From Tubulanus polymorphus (lineage: Eukaryota; Animalia; Nemertea), in contig NC_134034.1 of assembly GCF_964204645.1 (NCBI RefSeq), forward strand, positions 3,985,814-4,049,813: a stretch of DNA of 64,000 nt. Direction: 5' to 3'. Below, in pieces: positions 1-14,138 of this stretch. The position numbers and the translations under genes are program-made. Each line of letters opens with the position of its first letter. Position 1 is the first letter of the stretch. The notes under the pieces were generated by a model. It was not told where the DNA came from, did no database searches, and saw only the letters and a list, made by a program, of their open reading frames with translations.

Positions 1-355
1 TTTCTAATATCTAATGAGTATTGCATAGGCCTATATTGTTTTTTAGTTTGTACAGGGATCTATCTATACGTTATATTTTTTCTCATTTGTTTAAAAGGTA
101 TATCACATTATCGATGTAGTTCGTAGATTTGTTTATAATTCTAAATTTAAAGGGAAATAGTTTATCGATGTAGTTTGTAGTTTTGTCTATGATTTTAAAT
201 TTAATAATAAAATAGGATGTTCAATCTGTATTTCGCATATTTAAACATGTATATCGTTTTCCATATATACTGGCATGCGGTATTTTTCATATGCTCAAGT
301 AAAAGAAACTACTTTGTTTTACCGATGCCATATATCCGTTCTTCCAACCATATAG

Positions 356-3300
356 GTAAACCAATAATAATCGACACGTTGAAGTTCTTGTACGACCTGG
401 ACATGGACGACGACAAGGAATTGGATTTGTCCGACCCGCTCGCCAGACCTCGGGTTCCGCACGAGTTCATATTCGTAGTCGGGGGATGGAGCGGGGGCAG
501 TCCTACGAACGCTATAGAAACGTACGACACAAGAGCCGACAGGTGGATCGCCTGTGAACAAGTCGACAGTAAGTATTTTGATAAGTTTAGAAAAATATTC
601 TGACGGCAAAAATTGTGAATATTATTCCAAGCGCATGCAACGTTGTTATATATACTCTATGCAATGATCGGTAAAAAAACCACACAGATCCTTTAGAGTT
701 TGGCCTGTTTATTTGAGATACGAGCTTGCGCTGATAATCACGTAAATGAGTAAATGAGCAAAGGATGGATTTAGGGGAACTGGTCCACATGAGCCCTGAT
801 AAGAGCCAGAAAAGGCCCTTTTTGTCCTGTATTTTTTGATGGCCACCAAAATTTTCAAGCTAATTGTAGCCTTCGCTCAGCCAAATCGGCCCTTTTCAAA
901 TTCATGTTCCCATTCAGGTCCAACCCCTTCTAAGAATACTAGATCGCCGGCATTGTGAGCTTCATCATTTAATCCGAAAAAGCTACTATACACTAGTAAC
1001 GAACGCTCGTATATCAATGTAATTACGTAATCACAAAATATAACAATAAAAATGAGTTGTAAATGTTTCCTCGAGCTCATATTTATTCGACGATTCCTAT
1101 AGTCATCTTCAGGAATAGGATGTAGTCAACGGGTATTATCGTTTGTAATTTACAAAGATTTTACCTGTTGTTTGTAAATATATATCTAAAGGGCTCAACA
1201 AAAATATGTTTTTTGAGGCATGTTATCAATTGTTTGTAGCGCCACGAGCGTACCACGGCACTGCCGCTGTACGGGGTATGGTGTATGTGGTTGGAGGCTT
1301 CGACGGCATGGATTATTTCAACAGCGTCAGGGCTTTCGATCCGTACAAAAAAGTCTGGACAGAAAAAGCGCCAATGCACTGTAAACGGTTAGTATAATAT
1401 TTGAAGTGTTTAAATACAAATCGGATCACTCAGTAGCTGATTGGTATTTTACTGTCTTACTAAAAGTGAAATCCTCGCTTACCACATGTGGATTCGTCAT
1501 GCTAACAGTAGTTTTCCTACTGTACACTAGTCCACCTGGTGGATCATCACTTGCCACAATTTGAATCCTCGATGTCCTACTGCGCACTAGTGACGCCTGG
1601 TGGATCATCACTTGCTATAAGTCATCCTCTATTGTTACAGTAGTTGATGTCCTACGGCGCACTAGTGACGCCTGGGAATCCTTACTTGCTATAAGATCCT
1701 CTGTTGTTACAGTAGTTTGTCCTACTGCGCACTAATGACATCTGGTGGATCCTTACTTGCTATAAGTTGCATCCTGAATTGCATCGGTTTGATGTCCTAC
1801 TGTACACTAGCGCACCTGACGGGTCCTCACTTGCCATAAGTGGATACATGCTCAAAAAGGATGGAAAAATCATGATATTATTGTTCTTACTTTGTCTATT
1901 GTAGATGTTATGTAAGCGTGGCGGTATTGAATGATCAGGTTTATGCTATGGGAGGGTTTAACGGTCACGTCAGACAGAACACGGCTGAGCGATACGCCCC
2001 TGACACCAATCAATGGTCTATGATCACTCCTATGAATATGCAACGAAGCGACGCAAGCGGAACTACTCATAACGGTAAATAATCCTCAGATTCACCGAGC
2101 GGAAACGATTGGACCGATTAAATTGAAAACTTCTGTCGATGATAAAAGATGCAGCGTCCATATTATGCCATGTTCTCTCTTCCTTCGGTTGTTTTTTTAC
2201 CAATTTCGTAAAACTTGAATACATTAGTCATATTTATTGCTTTGAAAAGATGGGGTGTTGTTCGACACAATTTGTGTCACCTAACATACTTACTTCAGTG
2301 TAGAAACAATACTAAACCGAGCCTGCGCACCGACAGGAGAACTTGAATCGGTGCCCGGGGACGCGGCATGAGAAGGGCTGCGCATTCCGGTAAACCCCAG
2401 GAAAGGGCGTGCGACAACACAATGACTCATTCGACGACCAGCGGAGAAGATTATGTCGTCTCAAAATCATCCAAATCATTACTTATCGTATTATCTATTT
2501 TCGTATCGTTCATATCAGGTCGGGTTTACATATGCGGCGGTTTCAACGGTCAGGAATGCATGAGTTCCGCCGAATACTACGATCCGGATACCGAACAGTG
2601 GACCCTGGTGGCATCGATGAGAAATCGCCGCAGCGGAGTCGGGGTGATCGCTCACGGGGAATACGTGTACGCCGTCGGTGGGTTTAACGGAATCACGCGT
2701 ATGAACACGGCGGAGAGATACAACCCGTCGACGAACACGTGGACCAGTATAACTGAAATGTATAATCCGCGGAGTAACTTCGCTATAGAGGTGAGCGTAA
2801 TCATCAGTAGGCTTTGAAAAACCCTTTCGTTGGGGATTAGAAAAAAAAAACGTCGGGGCTTGGGGATTTCGTCTTGCGATTTTTCGATTAAATTGAAATT
2901 GAAATTTATTTACACTCATCACCTCAACGTGAGGTATACAGAGGGCCATCAAGAAATATTTACAATTATAGAATATAAAATGAAATATAAAATAAGCAAT
3001 ACGATTTGAGAACACAACTTAAAAAAAAATTCCCAACACTGTCGGGACCTATCAGTTTGACTGTGAGACATCTCTAGAGCATCCGGAAAAGGTTATAGCA
3101 GCCAGTAGAGTGAATAAAGACTGTAATAAGATTTGAAATTCACTTTTCTTCGCTAGGTGTTTCGCAAAGCTTTCATGTTATTATCAATCTATTGCATGAG
3201 AAAAGCTTATAGAATATTTGATTTGAGTGTGAAAGAAATGAAAGCTTAGAAAATCGTATGAATCATAGGAAAATTCACTTTTCTTCTCTCGATGTTTGCT

Positions 3301-4389
3301 CGAGTAGGCTAACTGATAGCGACACCTGGAGCCGGTTGCATAGTCACGGCTTAGACTTAAGACCAGTCTAAGACCAACTTAGTTCTATAGCCAATCTAAC
3401 AACTTAAGACCAGTCTTAAGATTTAAGATCACTTTAGGACTTAAGTCACGACTGTGCAACTGGCCCCTGGGGCCTGTCGCATAGTCATGGCTTCGACTTA
3501 AGACCAGTCTAAGACCAACTTAGTTCTTTGTTAGCTACTGTTACAACTTAAGACCAACCTTAAGATTTAAGACCACTTTTGGACTAACATCACGACTGCA
3601 CAACTGGCCCCTGGTGAATCATCACTTGCCACGCGTAGAATCCTCGATGGTCTCGATGGTCACTGGTGAAGCCCCATCACTATTTCAAGCTTTCGGCTCT
3701 CCAGAGGTTCCAGAAGTGGACTGAGGGGCTGCCAGCCAATATAGACAATAATTGGCCTGAAATTTCCTGAGGCCTTTTGGTATTTTGGTAATCCATTTCA
3801 TAACGTTTTTCTTTTAACCGGTTTTCTATTTGTAGGTATTGGATGATATGATATTTGGTATCGGTGGTTTTAACGGAGTCACTACGATATTTAATGTTGA
3901 ATGTTATGATCCTGAGTCAGATGAATGGTAAGCATCGGGAGTCGGTTTAGATAGAATCAACGATTTATTTGAGACGAAATTCCGGTACGTGAAACCGGAC
4001 CCAGGCAGGGCTGACGGAGCCGGGCCTATAATTTTTTTGCCGATGATGTCAGGTATGAGCCGGGCCAAGGTCGACTTGCTTCCACTGGCCCTACCCAAAT
4101 CACTTCGATGTCCATTTTACGTAAACGATGTCCATAGTTCGCTGAAACTCGGGCTGGATTTATCAGAGGGATAGATTCTCATTAGCCCCCGATTTTATCC
4201 GTCTTCTGGAGCAGCACCGTATTTTGTAAGCTTTTCTAATATTGATATTTCAGGTACGACGCAACTGATATGACAATATTCCGGTCGGCGCTCAGCGCAT
4301 GCGTACTCAAAGACATCCCGAACATTCGCGAATATTTGCATAAAAATCGAACAGGCGAAATAAAACGTCGCGAACTGCGCAAACAATAA
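356..4389 (+). CDS. KLHL10: Kelch-like protein 10, 5'-partial (BTB/BACK exons lie upstream of the window); exons 356-568, 1240-1387, 1905-2074, 2519-2790, 3836-3927, 4254-4389
   Basis: Six GT-AG exons join in frame: [50 protein letters not shown] / [23 protein letters not shown] / [16 protein letters not shown] / [26 protein letters not shown] / [25 protein letters not shown] / [18 protein letters not shown]; these are KLHL10-type kelch repeats. Stop 4387-4389, AATAAA 4435-4440. Confidence 0.9.
1465..1845. repeat. Degenerate minisatellite (~55-75 bp units) in a KLHL10 intron
   Basis: About 5 recurrences of gtcctactgcgcactagtgacgcctggtggatcatcacttgc; a related unit at ~3315-3650 is interrupted by two MITEs. 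Confidence 0.75.
3329..3610. mobile_element. Two tandem PIF/Harbinger-type MITEs (3329-3466, 3470-3610)
   Basis: Terminal inverted repeats gggccagttgcatagtc..gactgtgcaactggccc; CTG trinucleotide at 3326-3328, 3467-3469 and 3611-3613 (CWG target duplication). Same family at 45174-45307. Confidence 0.75.
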
Positions 4390-4905
4390 AATGAAATCGA
4401 GCACAATTTAGAGACAATAGTTTTTATTTTCATAAATAAAAATGTAATGTTCTATAAACATCTTTATTGTACATCGCCATCGCAACTAGTCAGAAATCTA
4501 CTATGTGCCTCAATAAAACCGTGAATTTACGAAGTACCTTACCTCTGAGCCAAGACTTAAATTTAAGACCGAACCAAAGCCAATCTAAGAAGGTTACATG
4601 GCCAATAATCATTTTTGTGTTGATGATACATTTGTTTATAGCGCTTTACTATAACATAATTATGGCGCTTTACTGAAACAAGTTATAATGATAAATAAAA
4701 CTGCAAAGCAGCAAAACGGGTTTTCTGTACAGCTGCCTCATGAGTATTCGAAATGAGAAAAATCATAGAAAATTAAGTTGCACATAAAGGACAACTGCCA
4801 TATCTAAGACTATGATAATTCCGGATTGCTAAACAGTCACGTCTTATCTCCAAAGGTACATAGTTTACTGCCGTCTTCCGGTTCTAAATCAATAGGGTCA
4901 TTTCC

Positions 4906-5233
4906 ATCTTCACCCGTCAAGGGATTCGAACCTACTACGCTAAAAGCTGTCCACCGAACCCCTTGACCTCACGAGTCGTTGGAGTCGTTACTGGACGACC
5001 AGAATCCGGTCGTACCAATCACAGCGCTTGTAACAAACGACTTTAGGCTTCTATTGGTTTTCCCGTTAAATGGCCCAATCAGCGAACGTTTTACTGAACA
5101 AGGAAGTATTTCGCAAATCGATATATGACGTCATGCACAACAGCGCCAGTAATGAAATCACGCTTCGTGAGGCCAGGGGGCTGGTGGAAGCGAGTTCAGG
5201 AGTGATACCGGACCCTTGGCAAACGAGGATGGA
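4906..5233. mobile_element. 328-bp insertion present only in duplication copy 1, bounded by the 8-bp direct repeat TCATTTCC
   Basis: TCATTTCC at 4898-4905 and 5234-5241; the homologous site in copy 2 (~15576-15583) has a single TCATTTCC. Weak terminal inverted similarity. Could instead be a microhomology-mediated deletion in copy 2. Confidence 0.55.
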
Positions 5234-8200
5234 TCATTTCCTGTCTCTGATGTCATTGATGAAGATTGAAAATAATGTAGGGCCTAGTACAGAGCCTTGA
5301 GGAACCCCACTTTATACATCGGACCTGAAAATTGATCTTATATCTAATATTAACTTTTACCTTGAATACGTATACCTGCTGCGTAATATTCTTACCAAAC
5401 GTCGATGAGGCACCCTGTCAAATGTCTTTTAAAAGTCAAGGTAAATTGAGTCCAAGTTTTCTTTTATGTAGAGTATTTCAGTCCATTTCTCTTAACACGT
5501 CGATAGGTTACGATACGTAACGAAACCATGTCCGACTATAGATCCCCGGCTGGTATTCAAACTCGGTGGCATCATGTGACAGACTAACCATCTGATAATC
5601 TGATATGATTTTCTGGAAGCAGCGCGTAAAATATGTATTGAATTTGTCTTCCTCCGCCTAAACGTTAAGTTATATATGAATCGTTGATGCTATGTTAAGT
5701 TTTAATAGAATACGTAATTCTTATCTCGATTCTTTCGAAGGGTGCTAGAATTGTAAAATAAGCCTGTGGCAATCATCCAATGGTTTTACTAACATCTGAG
5801 AAACCCAAATCTAAACTTAGATTTTATGAGCGTTTAGTTTGTTTTTCTATACCAGCCTTTCCTGAGATTTGCAGTTTATTCCTCCAATTTGACTTAGACT
5901 TCATTCAAAGTGAAACTAAGAGTGTTTGAAAGTGTTGTCTTAGTGTTTGAATCGATGAGAGTATTCTTCCGGTCGGGTTCCACGTAGATCGTAGATGATT
6001 GGTGAACTATTTTTCACTATCTATAAGTGAGTGCAGTTTTTCGCCATCTGGTGAGTGCGAGCCGATTCACTCGAAACCACAAAATAATAAGACTTGAATT
6101 AGAATGAATGCATCGATGCTGTATATTTGCCGTGAAAAGCAGTACGCAAATTGTAGATGATATTATTCAATTAACAACAGGTCCACGGGTCGCAATAGCG
6201 AGCAACTCTTTCCACCGCCGCGGCGTCATCGGTAAGTCTCTCGGCATTCCGTTCTGTATCAGCCGCAGCGACGGTCCACAGCGACGCCGCTATTGTCGAC
6301 GCGCTGAGCAGCAAATTGCAAACCTGACCTGAAAATAGAACACACGAAACGTTAATCTTTTTCATGCACAGCTTCATTTCGACCAAAGCATCTTTTGTAG
6401 CAACTTGGACTGAAACTGGAGCGGCTTCAGATGTTTTCTGTTTAGTCTGGACGCGTGGTGATAATTCTTTTACCCGAAAAAATATTGTCTGTAAAAATCT
6501 GGTGTTTTTATGCAGCTACAGTCGTTTTCAACCAGTTTAAATACTTAACCTTTTGAAAGTGTTCTGATAAAATGTATTTGCTTAATTTCTGGTGTTTGTA
6601 TCATTTTCCAGCGGGGCTGCTCCGACTTTGGACAGATGAATAATTTTCCGAATCGGATGCACCCTAATTCGCTATTTCCAAATTTTCACTACTAAAGCAA
6701 TTCTCGCTCAACTCGGTCGGGATTGTGATGTTCAAAAGCCGGAAAAGTACATTTATGGGCATCTAGATGTTTTCCCGAATCCCGCACCGAGCTTCGCGCC
6801 ATCGGCGCTCGTCGGTGACACCTTCGATATTTCTAAAAACGTATCCCATACCTACCATCGGTCCTGTTTTCAACAAAAAAATCATGAGCTGCGTCAAAAT
6901 GAAGTTGCTTTAAACGACTTTATACATGCAAAGTGAGGATCAATTCCTTCATCTATAACCCTTGCCCTACTGGCCATATACCCCGCCCACTGTGCTGACC
7001 CAGAAATACTTGTTTTGGGTGTAATTTTACTAACACCCGATGGAACTGATACTCTAAGTGTTATGAAAGGGGTACTGTACCCACAGTAGGGCACCATAGT
7101 TGGCAAACATTTGGTGACAAAAAAATTAATTTCCATGTTAATTATGTGCGTCACATGACCCGATTGACATGATTTATAAGTTTTCAGAAAATTTTCAAAT
7201 AAAATTCGGATATCCTACCAATTTCTATACGAAGCCGGCTATTCTATTCTGCAGTATGTTCTGATGATTATCTGAGAATTTGATGGTAAAATTCCCATAG
7301 ATGAAGAAAGAATAGGTGTTTTAGTGCAGCGAAGCAGTCAGCGCAAATACACAAATACATTGATGATTATTGATCCATTAAATGTATTTCGAATCGACTG
7401 TTTGTACTAAGTAGATGAAATGCTTAACGTTTAACGTTTCGGAGTAAATGGCGCATTGGTTTGGAAATTTTCTGTGAAAATATTAGTCGCCGGTCACCCT
7501 GACCTAATGCGTTAAGAGAAGCATGGTAGTGTTAGTCAAATGGACGTTAATGAGAAGAAGGTTTTCCAATAGAAGACGATGTACGGGATACGGTCTACGA
7601 GTCTAGGAGGCCGTTCGTGCGGCGAAGCAAAAATTTTGAAAATTCGAAACTCTCAAAATCGACATGGACCTGTAACAAGCGTACAAAATAAATGACACTG
7701 CCTGCGATCATGACTGATCATAATCATAACTGTGGTCCCATGATAAATTTTTACAATCAAAAATATGAAATATTCACATCATACTGGTATTTTCATATCA
7801 TACTGATATGAAAATACCAATATGATATGAAAATTTAATCATTTGCGCTATGCCGCTATGCCTGAAAAGGGGAAAATGTAACTCCCGAAAATGTTTTCTA
7901 GAATAGATATCTAAACTAACTAGAAAATGAGATTTGAACTGTTTTTGCTTCTATGGATTTTCAACTATTTAACTCTCTACCTAAGATCTACAATCCAAAT
8001 ACCGTGTGACTATCAGTTTATCGCGACTTTCACTTACCTAGCATCTTATAAAACGACTGGAACGTCAAATATGAAACTTCAGCGTCTGACGAAACTGTTC
8101 GACTGTACCGGTCTATAGTATGAATTTATAGAAACCAGTATTTGAACATCGGTCGGTCCGTATTGCAATTTGATCCGGTACTCGTTTCCTAGTTTGAGTT

Positions 8201-8467
8201 TGATTCGATAGTGAATGGCTTTTTTGCGATTGTGAGCCGTTTGGCTTTCATACATGTCCAGTAACTATTGCACGAATTTCAGCGGTATTTTCATTGAAAA
8301 TCGATGAGGAATATTGACGTTTTCAAATTATTTGAACAGAAGTCCTATTTTCTGCTGAAACACGAGAAACACTTCGCTACGTTCCATCTCCCTAAGCATT
8401 GTTCATCGAGCCCATTGAGTATGAAATTAGAATCCCAATTCAGAGCGACATTGATGAAGTGGATATG

Positions 8468-9138
8468 TACGGAAGCGATAAAGGGCCTCAAGTTGTCGCG
8501 TTCAAACTCGACAAGTCGCCATATTTTATTTCGATTATCGCGATATATCGCGTCAAGTCGACATGAATATGTCGACATATCGTGACGTTTTCACGATAAA
8601 TTTCGCTTTTTGTCCATTTTCCATGGGACAAGTACGGAAGCGATAAAGTACGGAAGCGATAAGGGGCCTCGAGATGTCGCGTTCCAACTCGGCAAGTCGT
8701 CATATTTATGTCGATATATCGCGATATATCGACAAAATTTGTCGTGAAAACGTCACGATATGTCGACATATTCATGTCGACTGGACGCGATATATCGCGA
8801 TATATCGACATAAATATGGCGACTTGTCGAGTTTGAACGCGACATCTCGAGGCCCTTTATCGCTTCCGTAGGACAAGTACGGGATAAGCCGTCATTTGAA
8901 GACACGTCTTAATGTAAGATGAGGACACCAGTGATATGACGACTGAGTTTCAAGTCGTCATGAATATGTCGACTTGTCGCGAGGAAAATGGTCGTGAAAA
9001 CGAAATATGTCGTCAAAACGTCACGATATGTCGACATATTCATGTCGACTTGACGCGATATATCGCGGTATGTCGACATAAATATGGCGACTTGTCAAGT
9101 TGGAACGCGACATCTCGAGGCCCTTTATCGCTTCCGTA
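8468..9138. mobile_element. Nested foldback/MITE-type DNA element with long CpG-rich TIRs (TACGGAAGCGATAA..TTATCGCTTCCGTA)
   Basis: Outer arms start at 8468 and end at 9138; inner complete copy 8633-8870 is flanked by GGACAAG (8626-8632, 8871-8877); a further truncated left arm lies at 9357-9454. Confidence 0.8.
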
Positions 9139-9688
9139 GATAAGAGCTAGTTATAAATTCGTTCACTTCATGTACGTCTGCGGAATAGGAATGATTTGCT
9201 TATTCGGCATTGTCGGCAATCTTCTTAATTTGATCGTGTTCAGTCTTGATAAACATGATTTGCTGTCGATCAAGATCCTGAGGGTTTTGGCGTGTTGCGA
9301 TATGGCGTTTCTAATCGTGTGTTTCGTGTACTTTTTTGTCAGGCACATGCTGTTTCTACGGAAGCGATAAGGGGCCTCGAGATGTCGCGTTCAAACTCGA
9401 CAAGTCGTCATATTTATGTCGACATACCGCGATATATCGCGTCAAGTCGACATGGCAATTTTACTGATTTTTACTATTTGTGAAACGCCCGCTTGCATCG
9501 ACCGAGTTGCAGATATAGCAGGTTTTGAATTCAAATTGGACGATTTCAAACAATACACGCGAAAAACTGGACTCCTATTGGTTGTTCTCGATTCGGCCTT
9601 GAATTTCCTCGTTTATTTATCGATGAATTCTAAATTCAGACTCAATCTGAAAACGCTTTTTCAACACTTTACGAACAGGCAGAAATAG
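9139..9688 (+). pseudogene. Disrupted copy of the GPCR at 16154-17251
   Basis: 9139-9356 matches 16273-16490 (TM1-TM2) and 9454-9688 matches 17017-17251 (TM6-end). The 5' end and 526 bp of the middle are missing and replaced by transposon arms. Confidence 0.92.
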
Positions 9689-12600
9689 ATTAGATTTGCG
9701 GGGAATGAAAATGATATCGAATCTTGTACAATAACCACTCTAAAACGTGGTGAACGGATAATAAGATGAAAGATGATCTCTGGGTGAGATAGAAACGTCG
9801 TGTATTTAATGTTTTAGATTTTTTGAATAAATAAATTCTTGATTTTAAAATTCTTTTAATTTGTACATAGTGGGTGTTTATGTTAATATGGTATCTATGA
9901 CATGCAAACATTGAAGTATGGTTGTGGTCAACTCAGGCGTGACTGACCTAACTCTCCGCTAGATGGCGAACTAGTCGACGGTGACTGCTCTCACCGCACT
10001 ATGGCATGCTTTAGAGCTGTCTTACAGTCGTTGAAATGCCCAAACGCTGATAGGTGGCGGGACTTTTTGGAAAAATTTCATTTCTACGAAAAAATCGCAA
10101 AAACAATTGCCAAAATGTGAAGAAATTCATTTGTTAATCCGCCACCGAATGGGAAGCGCGATATTCGACAAAAAGAAGGTCGTACCAGAGCGCTGCAGGC
10201 GAAGTGTTCACGGAATGACATCATCAATTTCCGCGCGCAACCTAACATCATGTGTAGCTAAGATGCTGGCCCATGAGCCATAAGCAGGATTTCCCCTGGA
10301 TTTACACGCTTATATCTCGATAAAACGCTTGAATTTCTTAAATAAATGAAAGTTGCTGGCAAATCGTTGTAGGCGCGTTCACAGGGGCTCGTAAAATCGG
10401 AAAATGCGCGTTTGCAAAGCTGGAAGATCGTATGGATTAACGAAACAACCGCAATATCCAAATGAATATATCCAATAGAATGTTTTGCGCATTTGAAGCC
10501 CTCGACAATCAAAATCGGTGAAGGATTTCGTGTCGAACTCAACGTTTTAAATTTCGAAATCGGCAAAAACCGGCGTCATAGCATTTTCGGTCCAGGCGAT
10601 TTCGGCCCTTATTTCGCGTTCAAAGACATATAATTCACGAACTATTCATTAGAAGATAACGGGATTAGTTTCGTTAGAGCAGGGATTAGTTTCGTTAGTT
10701 TCGTTAGAAGCTATCAGCTTTCATATGATGCCTGGATTATCAAAATCGGATGAGAAATAACGATTGAAATAGTAAGCGACTGAAGTTGAGTAGTTTGTGA
10801 GCGTCGTTAGCCCCCTTGTTATTTTATATATACTATATACATTGGATTAACAGATTATCGTTTTTATATTACCTACAACTCTGATACGAGCCCCCGTGGG
10901 CGCGTTGCTTAAGTAAATGGACGGTTTGATCCGTGTTGATTCGAGTTGCTTAAATAAAAACGCCTCTGGCTACTGGGGAATCCCCGCACGAGTCAATTCA
11001 AATTCGAATGTATCAATTAATTCCAACAAAACCGTGGCTCAGTTTGTTAATTATTCATTGTTTTGACTTGGCTTCCTATGAACAAGCTTTCTAATGGAAC
11101 AAGCTTTCTAACGTTGTAACCTGTAGTGGAAGAAAAACAAAATGCTGAAATATTAAACGAAATTGATATATTCTAAAAACTCCTTGGATTTACTCTACTC
11201 GTTTGATCGTTGATTCTGGAAGTACATCGAAATGAGCGGTGTTACATCATCCAATCGGCTGTGACTGTGTATTTTGTTGCCGTGAAGTCACCAGGTACAC
11301 GAGTTAACTTTGATGTCGTCCAGTCAGCTAGTCGCACTTACGTCTCATGTCTGCCGTCATTCGACCAGTCACCCAGGAAGAAAGACACTCTAAATATTTG
11401 GATGGATATATGAAAGCTGTGGGTACTGGAGTGTGTAATGGGTAGCGTAGTGTGATCTGTGTGCATTTGTGGCCAGCACACAGATCACATTGTTCATTGG
11501 GGTTTGGTCCAGGACTCGCGAGATTTTCAACAACACGGAACTAATGTGTAATAAATGATGACTTGAATTGCATGACTACCTACCACCCCTCATTATTGTT
11601 GGAAAACTAAACGTTCGGCACTGACTAAAAATTATTAATAACATTTTAGAAATGGCCAGAATTTTAACTTAGGTTCTATCTCATTTTTATTTTACAATTG
11701 CGATTGGTATAATTTTTTTTTAAACGGCCGTTAAGGCTTCATGTTTCGTCTGCAATTCACTGCAAATAGTTACGCAACTACGCACATTTCAGTGTTTTTG
11801 GCAGCAGTACACTCAATCGGCACCGTTCGTGACTAGCTTCACTGCGGAATTATCATTAATTAACATCGCCATATCACATCATCAACTTATATTGTGCCTT
11901 AAAACCCTAACAGCTGAAATAATTGAAATACACACACTATTTCTATCATTGAAAATTGAGAGAGTGGCCATGTTTGTGTTTGCTGCTTCGCGTAAATCCC
12001 GCGCGGTGGCGCAACCGCGCGGAGTGGGGCCGATACGTCCAGTTATTGCCTAGTATACGGCGTCACCCTGGCGTGAAATAAATGGGTGGGTCTTCGGATC
12101 ACGTCAAAATGAGGACCGAATCACTACCAACATATACACGTATGAAACGCGTGCAGTATTCCAACGGATTTGTAGAGAGGAGCAATGCGGCCAACAACAT
12201 TTTATTTTCAGTTTAAAAGGTTTGAGAAGTCGACTTTTCGAGACTTTCTAAGTCGACTTTTCGAGTGTATCACTTCTATTCATGCACATCCATTACTTAT
12301 AAAAATACGTCTTCTCATGATATTCAAGGCAATATATTTCGACGTTCAAAAAATTATAGGGCTCATTATATAATCATGATAATAAATAGAATATATTTTT
12401 GAGAATGTATTTTGAGCGTCCGAGGGAATATTAACTGGCTGAAAATGAATTGCTTGGAAGTCATACATTTTGCCAATTTTTGTCATGCAAGTTAATTTTG
12501 ATGTCGTCTAGTCATGCATCCAATCACCAAGTGAACCCGGCGCACAGTCACCCAGTATACCATGCATACAGTCTGTATGGATTTCAAAGTTGGCCCAACA

Positions 12601-12834
12601 GAGTTGTTAAGACTTGTACTACGATATGGTATTACATTAGTATTCCATCCCCGTTCGATTTTTGGCGAAGGTAACGAGTGATTCCTATTTCTATTTGGTC
12701 ATTAAACTGCTTTCCTCAATCCAAAAACAACCAATCAAAAGGCAAGCTAGATATTTTTTGTTTCTTACGACATAGTAGTAGTATTTTATTATTTGTTTTC
12801 TGTATACAATTAACGTTACATTTACTTACTCTAC

Positions 12835-14138
12835 CAAACCAAGAAGTTCATCAAAAAATCGTTTTAAGGGACTTTTCTTGGCTGCCTTTTTGGTGGCCGG
12901 TTTCCTTGCGGGCTTTTTCGCCATGGATGCAGGCTTCTTGGCAGTGGCTTCCCGGGCCTTTTCCCCATGGATGCATGCTTCTTGGCAGCTCGCTTCCTGG
13001 CCTTTTTGGATGCAGGCTTCTTGGCAGCTGGCTTCCTGGCGTTTTGGAATGCAGGGTTCCTGGCGGCCGCAGCAGGCTTTTTGGCGGGACGCTCATAGGT
13101 TACAGGCTTCTGGGAAATCTTAAAGGCTCCTGATGCTCCGACGCCTTTTGTATGTACCAACAAACCACTAGTGGCCATTCTCTTTAATGCGAGCTTGATT
13201 TCTGTGGACGGATTTTCTCCAACTTTGTAATTTGTAGCTTGTCGGGACGAACCTACGAAAGGAAATATCAATAATTACGATTGATGACATTTCAGAATAG
13301 ACTGGTGTGCGCAACAACTCCGGATTTCCACTAGAAGATTCGATTTATAAACAACTACAGTTTTTAAAGATTTTATGAAAGATGTTATACAAGTCACGTA
13401 ACCCCGATTCACAGGTTAAGAGCCACGATTCGCCAAATTTTTCATCGGTAACAAATTGAGTTAAGTGAAAATTGATTGAAAATCCCAACTATATCTTTGA
13501 TTGGGTTGGCTTTTCGTATTGTCGAGCACCCTATATGCCGGGATGATGTAAGACGGGCACTCACCAGAACGAATGAACCAAAATTTGAATTTGATTAAGT
13601 CAGAGATTGTATTTGGTAATTTGGTCAAAAGGGCCTCAGCAGGGGCTAGTTGTCAAAAAGACGGTTAAAGATGAATACCGCAATGCCAATGAACTATTAA
13701 CTGTCAAATATGCACTGGATAAACCACTTTTAAGCAACTGGCTCCTGGACCAGCTTCCACAGTAGTGAGTTAAGAGTTAACTCTCGAGTTAAAGTTAGTT
13801 CGTTTCGAATGAGTTAACTCAAGAGTTAAATCTTAACTCGGAACTGTGGAACTGGACCCTGCAGATTAAGACGCGTTTCATTACATTCATTTACAGTTAG
13901 CGCGCAGAGGGAAACCAAATTTAATCGGTCACTATCCTATTCTAATATTCATCAACGAAATCGTAGGAACAGATTATTTACCGTTTCTTTCTTTCAACGC
14001 GGTAATGGCGGCGGTGATCATTTCTGAGTATTTCGGGTGATCCGCGGGTTTCTTCGGGGCCGCTTCCATGGCGGCACTGTGAACGCCAACGACGAGTACC
14101 ATCACGGCCAATGCCACGACGACTTGAAACTTAACCAT
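12835..14138 (-). pseudogene. Pseudogene copy of the signal-peptide histone H1 (exons 14138-13982 and 13252-~12835)
   Basis: Exon 1 [53 protein letters not shown] is intact with its donor. Exon 2 has a net 18-nt deletion (ISKYIEAH to TN) and a frameshifted tail. The putative 5' UTR exon and promoter were not included in the duplication. Confidence 0.85.
13643..13858. mobile_element. Two adjacent Harbinger-type MITEs (13643-13744, 13748-13858) in the H1 pseudogene intron
   Basis: Short TIRs with CAG/CTG flanks; absent from the homologous intron in copy 2. The second family recurs at 21037-21139 and 21315-21422. Confidence 0.65.

Noticed and set aside
2515-3015. 166-aa antisense ORF and similar shadow ORFs over KLHL10, GPCR, H1 and astacin exons
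   Set aside because: Opposite-strand or off-frame shadows of real exons.
7773-7831. 28-bp-arm AT-rich hairpin as miRNA or terminator
   Set aside because: Lies in repeat-rich inserted DNA with no supporting evidence; more likely a collapsed MITE.
8304-9139. Several similar short ORFs (RHIHVDLTRYIA..)
   Set aside because: Chance translations of the repeated TIR arms.
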